64,000 nucleotides of DNA from Savitreella phatthalungensis (Eukaryota). The DNA lies in contig AP039692.1 in assembly GCA_051599415.1 (NCBI GenBank), positions 496,001 through 560,000 on the forward strand, read 5' to 3'. Under the pieces are notes generated by a model. It did no database searches. It saw only the letters and a list, made by a program, of their open reading frames with translations, and was not told the origin of the DNA. Made by a program: the position numbers and the translations under genes. Shown one piece after another: positions 1-10,967 of this stretch; position 1 is the first letter of the stretch; the number at the start of each line of letters is the position of its first letter.

Positions 1-431
1 CGAAGTCGCGCGGTATCCTGCATAATACAGACCCATCCAGAGGTCAATATTGAACGATAAATTGTATCAATTCGATCGTCCATGCATGCACAATATATGT
101 ACGTGCGCATAGATCTGCGACTTCCCGTGCGCTCCATTCAAGTGTGGCCTGGTAATCTTCGAAGTGATCGTAGCGGCGGTCTTCGACGTGCTGAACTGTC
201 TTGCGATCTCAAAAGGAGCTCGATTCGCGCGACATTGCTGTCTGTCTGTCGTGCTTGCAGACGAGTTGACCAAGACTTCGGTATTTCAGGTATTCTCGAG
301 ACCTCTCAAAACGGACGCCGTTGCGTGCTCGCGAGATCGGTTGAGGCTCACTGCTGAGCGCTCACCATCACTGATCTGCTCTCAGTTTCTCAGCACACAC
401 GAAGAGCGTCGTGCATTGAGCGAAGGTGACC

Positions 432-1568
432 ATGCTTGATGCGATTCCACCTGCTCTCCTAAAGGATGTCCGCCGGATACTTAGCTGTCAGGTTTGCCAT
501 GAGCTCATGGTAGAGCCCGTCAATCTAGATTGCGGACACTCTTACTGCTCAGCATGTATGCGCGACTGGTTGCCGAACAACAAACGATGCCCGACTTGTC
601 GGCAGCCCATCAAGCGCTCGCCTAGCTCGGCGTTCCTTTTGCGTGATCTCAGTGATGCAATCGTCGACCACATAGAGCGCCTTGACCCGCACGGCGAGGG
701 ACACGAGCTCCGACGGGCACAACAGGAACAAAGGAACGTCGCTGCACGCAAGGTGTGTACGGACACATTCGAGACGCTTTTTGCTCAAGATCGAAACGCC
801 TCATCGTCTCACCGTCCAGGTGGAGGGCTTGGTCTATTTTATGATGCCACAGATGATGTCTTACGATGCTCAAACTGTCAATGGGAGGCAGAGGATGGTC
901 TGATCTGTGCACAGTGCGGCGAGGACTTTCCTTTGCCGTTATCTCCAGACATCATGTCAGACCAATTCGAGCACCTGATAGCAGAGGTAGGAGGCCTCAG
1001 TCGTTACAGAGCCATGTTAGGTCTCTCGGAATCTGACCTGCATGACAACGGCGACGCCGGAGGTGTCGGATTTGGCGAATCTAGCGCTAGCGCTGACGAC
1101 GGAGAAGATGATGTCCATGATGCCATCGAGAATGAGTATGATCTGGAAGACTCGTTCATTGACAATCGCAACACAAGCGAGGTTGATGTAGACCTCGACG
1201 ATACATACGATTTCGATGAGGAAGATGACTTTTACGATCACGACAGCGACGAAATATCAGAGGTTGACGAGCACGAGGACACGCCCGAGTCCTGTGACCA
1301 GTCATTTGAGTGCAATCATGTGGCACCTCAGCAAGCGCCGAGCACTACGGAAACCATTGATCTGTCTTCCCAGGACAGTGATGCTCAACAAATTCAGGCG
1401 TGGGACGACAACGAGGCTCCTTCTAATAACATATTCCCGTTTGCCGGCCCTCGCGCCTTTTCAGGATCCGATGCGCTCGGGGGACAGGCAACAAGGACCA
1501 GAGGTCAGAAACGTCGCCGCATTATTGTGGTCGATACTGATGACGAAGATGATGATGACGACGACTAG
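432..1568 (+). CDS. RING-finger E3 ubiquitin ligase, Psh1-like
   Basis: C3HC4 RING (CQVC..CGHSYCSAC..CPTC), a second CxxC..CxxC motif (RCSNCQWE..ICAQCG), a long acidic D/E region and a basic KRRR tail. First ATG is at 432; the ORF track starts at GTG 426. Confidence 0.8.
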   Translation: MLDAIPPALLKDVRRILSCQVCHELMVEPVNLDCGHSYCSACMRDWLPNNKRCPTCRQPIKRSPSSAFLLRDLSDAIVDHIERLDPHGEGHELRRAQQEQRNVAARKVCTDTFETLFAQDRNASSSHRPGGGLGLFYDATDDVLRCSNCQWEAEDGLICAQCGEDFPLPLSPDIMSDQFEHLIAEVGGLSRYRAMLGLSESDLHDNGDAGGVGFGESSASADDGEDDVHDAIENEYDLEDSFIDNRNTSEVDVDLDDTYDFDEEDDFYDHDSDEISEVDEHEDTPESCDQSFECNHVAPQQAPSTTETIDLSSQDSDAQQIQAWDDNEAPSNNIFPFAGPRAFSGSDALGGQATRTRGQKRRRIIVVDTDDEDDDDDD

Positions 1569-1708
1569 CAAGGAGTGCCACGATGGCATCTTTGAGTATG
1601 AATTTACAATACGTGTGATAATGAATATGTCGATTCGAACGTGCATCCCACGATATGTACCTATCTCATCGATCAACAGCCTTGGGTAATTTCGATCGTC
1701 AGCCAGGA

Positions 1709-1714
1709 CACGTG
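1709..1714. promoter_or_regulatory. CACGTG E-box (Pho4/NUC-1-type site) about 175 bp upstream of PHO81
   Basis: Sequence GGACACGTGCG. PHO81/nuc-2 orthologs are phosphate-starvation induced via a bHLH factor. A single hexamer could be chance. Confidence 0.3.
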
Positions 1715-1886
1715 CGATTTGCGCGCGTCTCATGAATCCGTAGATCCACCTGACATCGACGCAGACAGCACGAGAAAGCTCCGCTGAGGTCTATATCTGA
1801 TGACGAGTTGCTACTAGCACGCAGCTTTCCAAGCAATATGAATGAACGATAGGCACAATCTCTAAGTATCATCCGGTCTCCGCGAG

Positions 1887-4800
1887 ATGAAGTTCGGCAA
1901 AACGATCCTTGCGCAGCAACTCCCAGAGTACGCACCACATTACATCAATTACAAGGCGCTTAAAAAGATCATCAAATCGCTCGCCGCAGGCTCAGAGCAT
2001 GAGACTGTTTCAGATGAGCAGGGAAGACCACAAACGCGCCTTCAAGAGAACAAGGCAACCTTTTTCTTTAAACTTGAGCGCGAACTAGACAAAGTCAACG
2101 CATTTTATGTTCAGAAGGAGGCAGAGCTGCGGAATCGATTGTCGACCCTGCTAGACAAGAAAACGCTGTTGACGTCGAGCGGAGCCGGGACTCTTCGTGG
2201 CTCCGCTGGATTCCTTGTTTTGCAAGAAGGCTTCCAGCAATTCGAACGCGACCTCAACAAGCTTCAAGGTTACGTGGATCTCAATGCAACGGGCTTTTAC
2301 AAAGCGCTGAAGAAGTGGGACAAGCGCTCGAAGTCTCACACGCGCGAGCTCTATCTATCTAGGCGTGTCGAAATACAGCCCGTCTTCAATCGAGAGGTGC
2401 TTTCCAACCTGGTCGACACTGCGACCTCGGCGCTGCTTGATCTTGAGGCATTTTCGCAAGGCGAAGACATCCCGCTGTCAAACCCATTGACGGAAGGCGA
2501 TACAGGAGGATCCAACAGATCACCTGATCTGCGCGCTATGGTCGTGAGAGCCCAGGACGAATTGGATTCGGACATCCTCAAAGCTGTGACATCGCAATCA
2601 GAAGAGACGCTGCGTGAGATCTTGGCTAAACTCAGCTCTCAAGCTGCTGGCAACACCAAACCACGCGTCACACGCATTTTCATGCAAGCGTTCGCGAACG
2701 CGCCGGAGAGCTCGCTAAATGTGCTTGTAGATAGTGATCTGCTCGATTTTAGCTATCGCGACGAAATCAGTGGTCGCTTATGCTTACATGAGGCCGTCCT
2801 ATCGGGTCGACTCTTTCCACTGCAGGTCTGCTTGGCACACAATTCCGACATCAAGCACGCCGATGTGTATGGCCGTACAGCGCTACACTATGCTTGTATG
2901 CAGAGCAATTGTCCAGAGAGCAGCCTTAAACTGCTGCTCGACCACAAATCGCCGGTCGACGTGCTCGATCAGAATAATTCTGCTCCGCTGCACTATTCCG
3001 TCATGAACGGAAAGGTTTCGTTCGCAAAGCTTCTTCTTGCGCACGGCGCAACAGTCAATCCGACGGCTGAGAGCGACTATAACGCGCTTTCAATGGCCTG
3101 TGCTCAAGGTTTTCTCGATCTTGCACGTCTCCTGCTTGAGAATGGTGCTAAACCCGCTTTCAACACGGAGGGTTTGCTGCCAATTCACCTAGTCGCCCGG
3201 GCTGGCCATGTTGGATTCTGCGAAATTTTAGCCAAGCACTGTTCATTGGATCTTGAGGCGCGAGATAAGTTCAATGGGTGGACGCCACTCTTCTTTGCTG
3301 CCAGCGAAGGTAAAGTCGCAGTACTGAATGAGCTGATACAATACGGCGCGCTGATTGACGTGCGAGACGAGGACCACCATTCTCCTGTATATTATGCGGC
3401 ATGGGAAGGGCACAAGGCCGCGCTTGACGCTCTACTTGCAGCAGGAGGAGCATTCGGTAATACGGAATCTAAGCTACAACGGCCACTGCCGGCTCCTGTC
3501 GCGACCATTGACAATGACCTAGGCGCAGGCGGCGATCTGGATTCATTCGACGACGGCATCCCTTCACTCTTGCTCCCACCACCAATTTTACCGGTGCGTT
3601 CATATGGCCACAATTACCTCGATCGCACTACGCTCATTCAGATCTTATTCCAGGGGGTCCAGCCAGATCGCCGCAATCCGGTCCAGTGGTTCCTTGATGA
3701 GACACTTTTCTCATCATCAAAACTCACTGTGTCTCTCAAGTCTGTGCAGCGCCAAAGTGGTCAATCAGCAACGGCAGGCTCCACAATCATTGCTGCGGAA
3801 GTGATTCCCCAGACAGTATCCCTACCACTCATGGACGACGACGAGTCGCTCGTTTTCCACGTCGACGATCCGCGTAATCTGTCTCTCGAGTTCGAAATCT
3901 ACCCAACTTTCGGCTCAAAGGTGATTGCAAAGGCAGTTGCTCCCCCAAGCATGCTCGCAGCGCCTCCGAAAGGCGGAGAAACACTCAGCTCATCGATTTT
4001 GCCTTTGCTCGACCCTCGGCTGCAGATGATTGGACAGGTATCCTTGCAGTACATCACCATCAGGCCATTTCCCGGTGTGCACTTCGATATTCACTCACGA
4101 ATAGAGACCTATTGGAAGTCTACGCAGACAATCGGTGGCGCAGGTGGCCATGTCGGAGCTGTTGCGTCAAACCAGAAATCAGCCTCCGCCCTGGTCACTT
4201 CTTCGTCCTTATCTGGACAATATCTGCGCTTGGCAGTGCAGCTGACGCGGGATCTTGTACCGTATGTCTATACGCCTTGGTTTTTACCTATCCCTGGCCT
4301 TTCCGTTGGTCTGCAAAATTTCAACTCGGAGACCTTGTCGCAGCTTCCAGTCTATGAAAGCGGCCGGATAGCATTGCTCGACAATCTGCGGAACACGAAC
4401 TCGATCAAAGCCTTGCAGAACATCTTGGTCGAAGCCTGTGTGCCGCTTCGCGATGTGCTCAAGGCAATTCCGTCGGACATCAATGTAAATCTACATATTC
4501 TGATGCCCACTCGCGCCGAGCAAGTCTATCTCAACATGACTTTGCAGCCAGATGTCAATGCGATTGTGGATGCGATTTTGACAGACACATTTGACCATGC
4601 CAACGACCTGAAAGCAGCTACACCCCGCAGGCCACCTAGGTCACTCTTCTTTTCTTCATGCAATGCTACAATTTGCACAGCGCTAAATTGGAAGCAGCCG
4701 AACTACCCCGTTTTCTTCGCTGCATACGCAGGATTATCTGCGGGCACAGAGAATAAGGAGAGCGGGGCGGGCATCTCGCCTCATGGCTTGCCCATCGCCG

Positions 4801-5060
4801 ATGAAGATCGTAGCTGCTGTTCAATCAAAGCAGCGGTGAAGTTTTCGAAGGCCAACAACTTGTTGGGCCTTGTTCTCGATGCCAGTGTTGCCATACACGC
4901 GCCAGCGCTGATCACAACCGTCAAGCAGTCGGGTCTTGTCCTGATCACACACGGTGCAGTCAATGCTGAGCAGGAACAAGTGGACATGCAAATCCACCAT
5001 GGTGTTGACGGGGTCATGCATGAAGGCTTATGCACTTTTGTCAACGATATTGACATGTGA
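1887..5060 (+). CDS. PHO81: SPX-ankyrin-GDPD-like CDK inhibitor Pho81/NUC-2
   Basis: SPX N-terminus (MKFGK..YINYKALKKIIK..FFFKLERELDKVNAFY..KKWDKR), ankyrin repeats (GRTALHYAC, GWTPLFFAA), PPPILPVRSYGHNYLD motif, degenerate GDPD C-terminus (LNWKQPNYPVFF). Confidence 0.93.
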   Translation: MKFGKTILAQQLPEYAPHYINYKALKKIIKSLAAGSEHETVSDEQGRPQTRLQENKATFFFKLERELDKVNAFYVQKEAELRNRLSTLLDKKTLLTSSGAGTLRGSAGFLVLQEGFQQFERDLNKLQGYVDLNATGFYKALKKWDKRSKSHTRELYLSRRVEIQPVFNREVLSNLVDTATSALLDLEAFSQGEDIPLSNPLTEGDTGGSNRSPDLRAMVVRAQDELDSDILKAVTSQSEETLREILAKLSSQAAGNTKPRVTRIFMQAFANAPESSLNVLVDSDLLDFSYRDEISGRLCLHEAVLSGRLFPLQVCLAHNSDIKHADVYGRTALHYACMQSNCPESSLKLLLDHKSPVDVLDQNNSAPLHYSVMNGKVSFAKLLLAHGATVNPTAESDYNALSMACAQGFLDLARLLLENGAKPAFNTEGLLPIHLVARAGHVGFCEILAKHCSLDLEARDKFNGWTPLFFAASEGKVAVLNELIQYGALIDVRDEDHHSPVYYAAWEGHKAALDALLAAGGAFGNTESKLQRPLPAPVATIDNDLGAGGDLDSFDDGIPSLLLPPPILPVRSYGHNYLDRTTLIQILFQGVQPDRRNPVQWFLDETLFSSSKLTVSLKSVQRQSGQSATAGSTIIAAEVIPQTVSLPLMDDDESLVFHVDDPRNLSLEFEIYPTFGSKVIAKAVAPPSMLAAPPKGGETLSSSILPLLDPRLQMIGQVSLQYITIRPFPGVHFDIHSRIETYWKSTQTIGGAGGHVGAVASNQKSASALVTSSSLSGQYLRLAVQLTRDLVPYVYTPWFLPIPGLSVGLQNFNSETLSQLPVYESGRIALLDNLRNTNSIKALQNILVEACVPLRDVLKAIPSDINVNLHILMPTRAEQVYLNMTLQPDVNAIVDAILTDTFDHANDLKAATPRRPPRSLFFSSCNATICTALNWKQPNYPVFFAAYAGLSAGTENKESGAGISPHGLPIADEDRSCCSIKAAVKFSKANNLLGLVLDASVAIHAPALITTVKQSGLVLITHGAVNAEQEQVDMQIHHGVDGVMHEGLCTFVNDIDM

Positions 5061-5120
5061 AGACGCTATTTGTCGATAGGCTGACGTGTGAAATTTCAGG
5101 CAGTCGGGGCTCAGTGGGGC

Positions 5121-5719
5121 TCAGACAGTCGAGGGTATTGCGTCATCGCTCAGACGGACGCGGCGGCCGTCAGGCAACAGGATGCTCCAGTCGATAATTT
5201 CCCAGTCACGATCAGAGCGCGACCGACGTACACATCGGAAATGCAAAGTTCCTTCGCCGTCTGTCATCCTTGGTCAGCGATTCATCACCTGTGCTTCAAT
5301 CGCGCAAAGCATCACATACCATCTCCTTTCAAGGCATAGCTGAAGTCGATATTGCCACGATTCTGGTTAATCTCGCCATGAATCCAAGGATAAGTATCTC
5401 GGTGTCGGATGTTCGGGCCCAGCAGAGACAAAGCGACGGAATCCTTGCGGACAGCAAACTGGGTGACGTTAGCATATAGCGCCACAAGGATTTGCCTGTG
5501 CAAAAAGCTTACATAGCTAGACTGAACGATCGAGGCGTTTGCTTTCCGGTGATTGAAAGCTACGATGATTGATGCTGATAGCGTTACGCCAAGTACTGCG
5601 TATGTGACGGTACGAGCTGTGTGTGATCTCGCTGCCGGTAATGGTCGTACCACGGTAGAGACCATACGTGTAGAGGACGACCGTGATAATAGTGATCTAA
5701 GCAATGCCGCGACTATCAT
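5121..5719 (-). CDS. COA1: Cytochrome c oxidase assembly factor Coa1; 3 exons (5719-5513, 5458-5320, 5260-5121)
   Basis: TM segment followed by NASIVQSSY/FAVRKD..LLG..PWIHGEINQNRGNIDFSYALKG. Introns 5512-5459 (GTAAGC..GCTAAC..CAG) and 5319-5261 (GTATGT..GCTGAC..CAG) restore GEGTLHFRCVRRSRSDRDWEIIDWSI..stop. Confidence 0.8.
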
Positions 5720-6926
5720 CGTGGCAAGCGGCTCGTTAGATATGTCCTAGTGCCTGAACGGGCTTGTTACTGGATCTAACACAGTTCTCTGTTCGTCCCA
5801 GTGTGCTGAGACTGTCGACCCGACGCAGAGAGTCAGACCATTCAGGTCGGCGGGCTGGTCTGGTAATGTTGCATGGTATTCATCAAAGCAGCGTATGTGT
5901 CGTTGCGTGCACGTGGCTGGATCTGCCGCACGCTCGATCGTCCAGAACGAATCGAGCGAGGTCACAATGACCTCCGCCTATATATCGCTGATTTCAGAAT
6001 GAATTGTCGATGAGCTCGAAATCAGAAAACTGAAGACAATTGCAACGAAATCGTTGAGGATCGTGTTCGCTCGATCACCTTGCAAGAGATATTTATTATA
6101 ACAATTGAAAGGAATCGACTGATGCATGAAGGGAAACAGCGAAATGCTCTGACGTGCAGCTAGATCCGACCATTCTGCTGTTCAAGGGGGTTTTCTAATT
6201 AGGCCGAGTCTGTCACTATTCGGATTCGTGCTGAGTCTCCACTCACATAGTGCTCGTCTGTGGGCCAGACTCGAAAATCAAGGCTGGAGCGCTAGCGCTA
6301 AACAATGTGCTTGCAGGTGAGATCATCGAAGTGTCTCCAGCTTAAAAATTATTCATTTCGACAGCGTCCAGATTGTCTGGAACCTGTTTGCAATCAAAGG
6401 TAGGTGGATCAGCCAGGAGAAAGTTCTTGTCCTGGCGCAGGGTAGTTTGTCTCTATTACGTGACCCTCGATTAAGAGATTCGATTCGATCAGCCATACAA
6501 GATAATTGTGATGTTTTAGTGTGTCCCCTCAAGTGGTTTCAATATCGAAGTTATAGCCACATGCCCTCGTTTTCGAAAGATCATCCGCGGTGCTCTGGAA
6601 GAACCGTGGTGGTTCTAGACAGCCGATTTCCCCCTACATGCGCATCTTGCAGTATTTTTTAGACAGATGTACGTCTACACGGCTCACACGACGCACTTCC
6701 AGTCTCGTCTGGACAAGCACTTGCTGAACTCGAAACTACCCTCAAGCTCTGTCTCGTAAGCTTGTGTGATTGTCTGCTGTGATCATCTGCAGAGCACGTT
6801 CAGACCAAAGGCGCAGCCTACCGGAACACTCGAAGCAGTCTCTCCCTGGTCGGCTCACACGACAAGCCCATCCGGAAACGCCTCTCTACGCTTGCTCGTT
6901 TCTGATTCGGCATAAGCTCGAGCGAG

Positions 6927-7484
6927 ATGAAGTTCTTTGAAAACCAGTGCTTCTTCGACTATGCATGGGAGCAGGTCTCATCCGCACATTGGCGCAAGTA
7001 TCCGAACGAACAGGCAAGCCATGTCGTCGCTGTGGACACACTTAGGTCAGAAGTTGACCCAAACACGGGCATTCTGCGCATCGAGCGTCTCATAACATGT
7101 CGACAGGGCGCTCCGAGATGGATAGTGAAACTTGTCGGCAGCACGGAGGACTCCTATGTGCGCGAGGTCAGCGAGGTTGACCTGAAGAACCGCACCCTCA
7201 CTTTACTGTCTACCAATCTGACATTCTCCAATATCTTGTCTGTTCAAGAGACTGTGAGCTATACACCAGACGTGAACCAGCCACACGCTCGCACTCGGTT
7301 CACTCAGGATGCGAAGATAACTGCATACGGCGCACTGAGTCGCTGGGCCAACAATATGATGGAAGACTTCACAATCGATCGCTTTAAGCAGAATGCAGCT
7401 CGTGGTCGTGCTGGCTTTGAGTCGGTCCTGGAGCATCTGCATCAAGGTGTGTTCGAGCGTGCCACTCAAAAGACGTCTGTCTGA
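6927..7484 (+). CDS. UPS2: PRELI/MSF1 mitochondrial intermembrane lipid-transfer protein (Ups2-like)
   Basis: FDYAWEQVSSAHWRKYPN..HVVAVDTL..GILRIERLITC..F.QNA.RGR.GFE.VL PRELI signature. Confidence 0.85.
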   Translation: MKFFENQCFFDYAWEQVSSAHWRKYPNEQASHVVAVDTLRSEVDPNTGILRIERLITCRQGAPRWIVKLVGSTEDSYVREVSEVDLKNRTLTLLSTNLTFSNILSVQETVSYTPDVNQPHARTRFTQDAKITAYGALSRWANNMMEDFTIDRFKQNAARGRAGFESVLEHLHQGVFERATQKTSV

Positions 7485-8920
7485 GTTCCACTCAAAGGCA
7501 GACCGGCCGATTGATGGAGACATCATGACCATGGTCGACCGCACTATTCCGGACACACTTTTCGAGATCCGCTGCTATCTTCATTCCCTGACCTCGAGGG
7601 TACTGCGGCCACACTATGTTGGCCACTATAGCCCTTTACAAAAGTCTTTCCTCTACAGCAAAATTCAAGCGTCGGCATTGCTTTCAACATCGTCTCACCA
7701 TCTTTGTACAATTATATCACTTTTGAACTCACTAGTCTGGCTCCCTTTTTCTACGCAGAATGTAAAAGTTTGTCGGCCGTCGCATTGTGCTCGGACTGAG
7801 CCCGTTGCAGTGTGCAACAAAGCAATGACCGGATCATGTTGTCACGAGCCGAGACGGGCCTCGTGCTACTTGTTTTACGTTACCTGAGAGAAGATCTAGG
7901 TCTGCTCGGTCACAAAGTCCGTGAAGTGAAGTCATTTTCGGCGTTCGACATACACTTGTGATGTTGGCGACGCGCTGAAGACGCTTCCCATCAAGAGCGC
8001 CAACTGGGACATGGTTTGGCGAGCGACTGCGTTTCACGGAGAATTTCCACGCCCCACCAGGTCGGCGGGGATTATTCTCTGGCAGTCCGTGGACATCGAA
8101 TTAAGCACTTCATTTCTTTCCTGTGTAGATCGCAATCTCCGGCAGGGGATCAGTTTTGTAGAGCACTGACGTCGATATGATGCACGGTATGGCAATCCTC
8201 GGCTCGGATCAAGTGTTAGCGTGGTGGAATTCGGGGACTGTTGGCCAAGTTGCCAAATAATTATTTGCCCAGATGATGCAGTCCAAAGCTAAATTCAGCT
8301 TGTGTGAGATCGGAGGAAGTCCGCCACGTTCTTCTGAGCGGAAGCGCAGCACAATCTGTAGACAAGGAAGAAGCTAATTGACTGCGCCTACTTTTCGCTA
8401 GCGTGAAGCTATAAAACATACAGGTCAGCAGGTATTAGCTCTATATATAGTGAAGGGGAATAAAAGGGGCGAGCCTGAATGAAGGAAAGATGCCGCTCCA
8501 TCATCAGATTCCCTTAGATTGATCCCTAAATTTCAAGCGACTGGCGCTCAAGAAGAAAACAATTTAACTGAATATATTGTTCAGACGGTCTTTTCTCCTC
8601 GCCTGCATTGGATTGACGCGTGGAAGCATAGCCGCAGGACTTCAAAGACAGTAAATACCGTCTGCTGATTTCGCCCAGTGTCCTGAGTTCACAATCTCGA
8701 GCGAATTGATCTTCGCTTTATGTGTTCCTCCCTGGATTTATACCACTGGGCTATTCCTACCACAGCCGTTATTAGAGTCCGGTGGAGGCCATACCGAACG
8801 TACTCAATTATCATGCAATTCTGGTTGTAGTACGATAGCTTGCAGCTCCACTCGGATTCTCGCTCATGATCGATTGTGGTCCAATACTGCAGCCAGGAGG
8901 CACGGTCACTCTACCACTAT

Positions 8921-8983
8921 CACTCACTCACTCACTCACTTACTCACTCACCCACTCAGTCAGTCAGCCAGTCGGTCAGTCAT
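8921..8983. repeat. (CACT)n/(CAGT)n microsatellite
   Basis: cactcactcactcactcact..cagtcagtcag directly visible upstream of the WSC gene. Confidence 0.8.
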
Positions 8984-9476
8984 CAGGATTCAGTACTCGG
9001 CCAATTGAGGAACCCGTCAGATAGTGAAGCAGTCTGCCTGTCCACCACCCCGTGAGTCTATCAATCAATCACTCTCTCACTTGAGGCACTCATTCAAACG
9101 AATCGCTCGTTCACCCACTTACTCACGCAGTCAATTGGTGACACGCACTCCAAGGCACGGTCGTTGATATCGTCTCCATTGCTGCTGCGCATTTCCAAGC
9201 TGTCGCAAGACTAGCAGCCTCAGAGAATACCGCGTTGACGTGATCCCCGACGCTCATTTGCCAGGCAAAGTGCGCCTGCTGCCCCCCCGTGGTCTCTCTG
9301 AAGCGCTCGTACTTCAGCTTGAAAGCTCGCGCACCCGTAAGCGATTTGACAGCAGCGCGATTCTTATCATTGTCTTCGGCTCGCATTTGCATGGCACGCT
9401 GAACCTTGGAGCCCTGACTCGATCACTGCTACGCATTTTCATCAACCATTTCAACAAGCGCAATTGACCAGGCAGA

Positions 9477-10742
9477 ATGCGTCTTTTAGGAGCGTTAGCT
9501 CTTTTCTTGGGAGTCGTCCGAGTGACGATTGCAGCCACCTTGTCATGCTCCACTCAAAATACTGGTGGGGACTTCCCTGGCACTTTTAGTCAGTATCAAT
9601 CCATGGGAGCATGCACACAAACGTGCTCCGGTTTTGCTTTCGCAATCTTACAGGCGTCAGTCTGTTGGTGCTCAAACTTTGCGCCTGGCTCGACAGTGAG
9701 CAGTTCGACATGTGACGAGGGCTGTCCAGGTTTTCCGTCAGACAATTGTGGTTCTTCTGCGAATGGTGCGTATGCATACTACCAGCTGGCTCAACCTCTT
9801 GGGACGTCGTCTGCCGGTGCTGCGGGCACGACCGCCGCAACAATGACCAGCTCGACCGCAACAACCGCTGCAGCCACAGGCAATGGCAATGCAAACAACG
9901 GCAACAACGGCAACGCGAATGCGGTGAGAACGACCAGCTCGACTGTTGCCGGAGGCCTGACGACAGTGGTCGTGACGCAGTCAGCAGCAAGCGCAAGGGC
10001 TACCACTGTGACGCAGACAAATTCAGTTCAGCCAAGCATCATCATAATTACAGTGCCTGCCAGCTCTAGCCCGACAGTCACGCCCAGTCCTACACGAACG
10101 ACTAGTGGCGCAACTGGCGTCACGAATACTCGGTCTACAGTCTCTGCCTCGAGTACGGCGCTTACTAGCGGCAGCCAATCTCTCCAAAGCAACTCGGGCG
10201 GCAGCAGCTTTTTCAGCTCTCCAGGTAAAGTCGCGGGCACTTTTGTCGCCGTTGGCATCGTGGCCTTGGCATTGATTGGCCTGCTTGCATGGTGGATCCT
10301 TCGCCGACAAAGCCAGAAATCTGTCGCCAATGGTGGTTATGCGCGCAATGATAGCCCGGAGTCCGCTGGAGCATTCTCCGAAAAGTCGGGTGGCAGATCC
10401 GGGTCTCACCCGGCGCTCCACCGTCCGGCTGGTCACGGAGCTGCGACTGCGACCGGTGCTGGCGCCGGTGCTGGTTTGGCTGCCGGTGTCGCTGGCCTGT
10501 TCAGGGCAGGAGATAAAACTCGCAGCAACAATGACCGGGTTTCACCAATCCATTGGCCCGAACAAGGCGCTGGCGCGCACAACGCCGCAGCAGGCAATGG
10601 TAATTACGTCCTGCCCGTCGACCAGCGCCTTGATCCGCGTCCGATGCTGATGCGATTCGACTCAAACTACTCTCGGCATTCCCTGAGAGACGACGAGGAT
10701 TACAGTCGGCGTGTTCTGACAGTGACAAACCCGTCACAGTGA
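9477..10742 (+). CDS. WSC1: WSC-domain cell wall integrity sensor (Wsc1/Slg1-like)
   Basis: Signal peptide, Cys-rich WSC domain (CTQTC..CWCSN..CPGFPSDNCG), S/T-rich stalk, TM (VAGTFVAVGIVALALIGLLAWWIL), conserved tail SLRDDEDYSRRVLTVTNP. Confidence 0.9.
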   Translation: MRLLGALALFLGVVRVTIAATLSCSTQNTGGDFPGTFSQYQSMGACTQTCSGFAFAILQASVCWCSNFAPGSTVSSSTCDEGCPGFPSDNCGSSANGAYAYYQLAQPLGTSSAGAAGTTAATMTSSTATTAAATGNGNANNGNNGNANAVRTTSSTVAGGLTTVVVTQSAASARATTVTQTNSVQPSIIIITVPASSSPTVTPSPTRTTSGATGVTNTRSTVSASSTALTSGSQSLQSNSGGSSFFSSPGKVAGTFVAVGIVALALIGLLAWWILRRQSQKSVANGGYARNDSPESAGAFSEKSGGRSGSHPALHRPAGHGAATATGAGAGAGLAAGVAGLFRAGDKTRSNNDRVSPIHWPEQGAGAHNAAAGNGNYVLPVDQRLDPRPMLMRFDSNYSRHSLRDDEDYSRRVLTVTNPSQ

Positions 10743-10967
10743 GCAAGTAATGCCCAACATTCTTATCATGCCTATCAAAGAAAATAGACGACCACTCAGA
10801 ACGACTTCGTTGCATTCCGCTCTCACTCCTTCACTGACAACATCGACTCAAAATCAATGTTTGTCACTCCGTCGACGTGTATTGCAGGACATCCGAAATT
10901 GATCATCACCTCGCATTATAATATATCGTGATTGTGCCGTGCTGAGGAATGTTGCAAAAGGTTCCGA

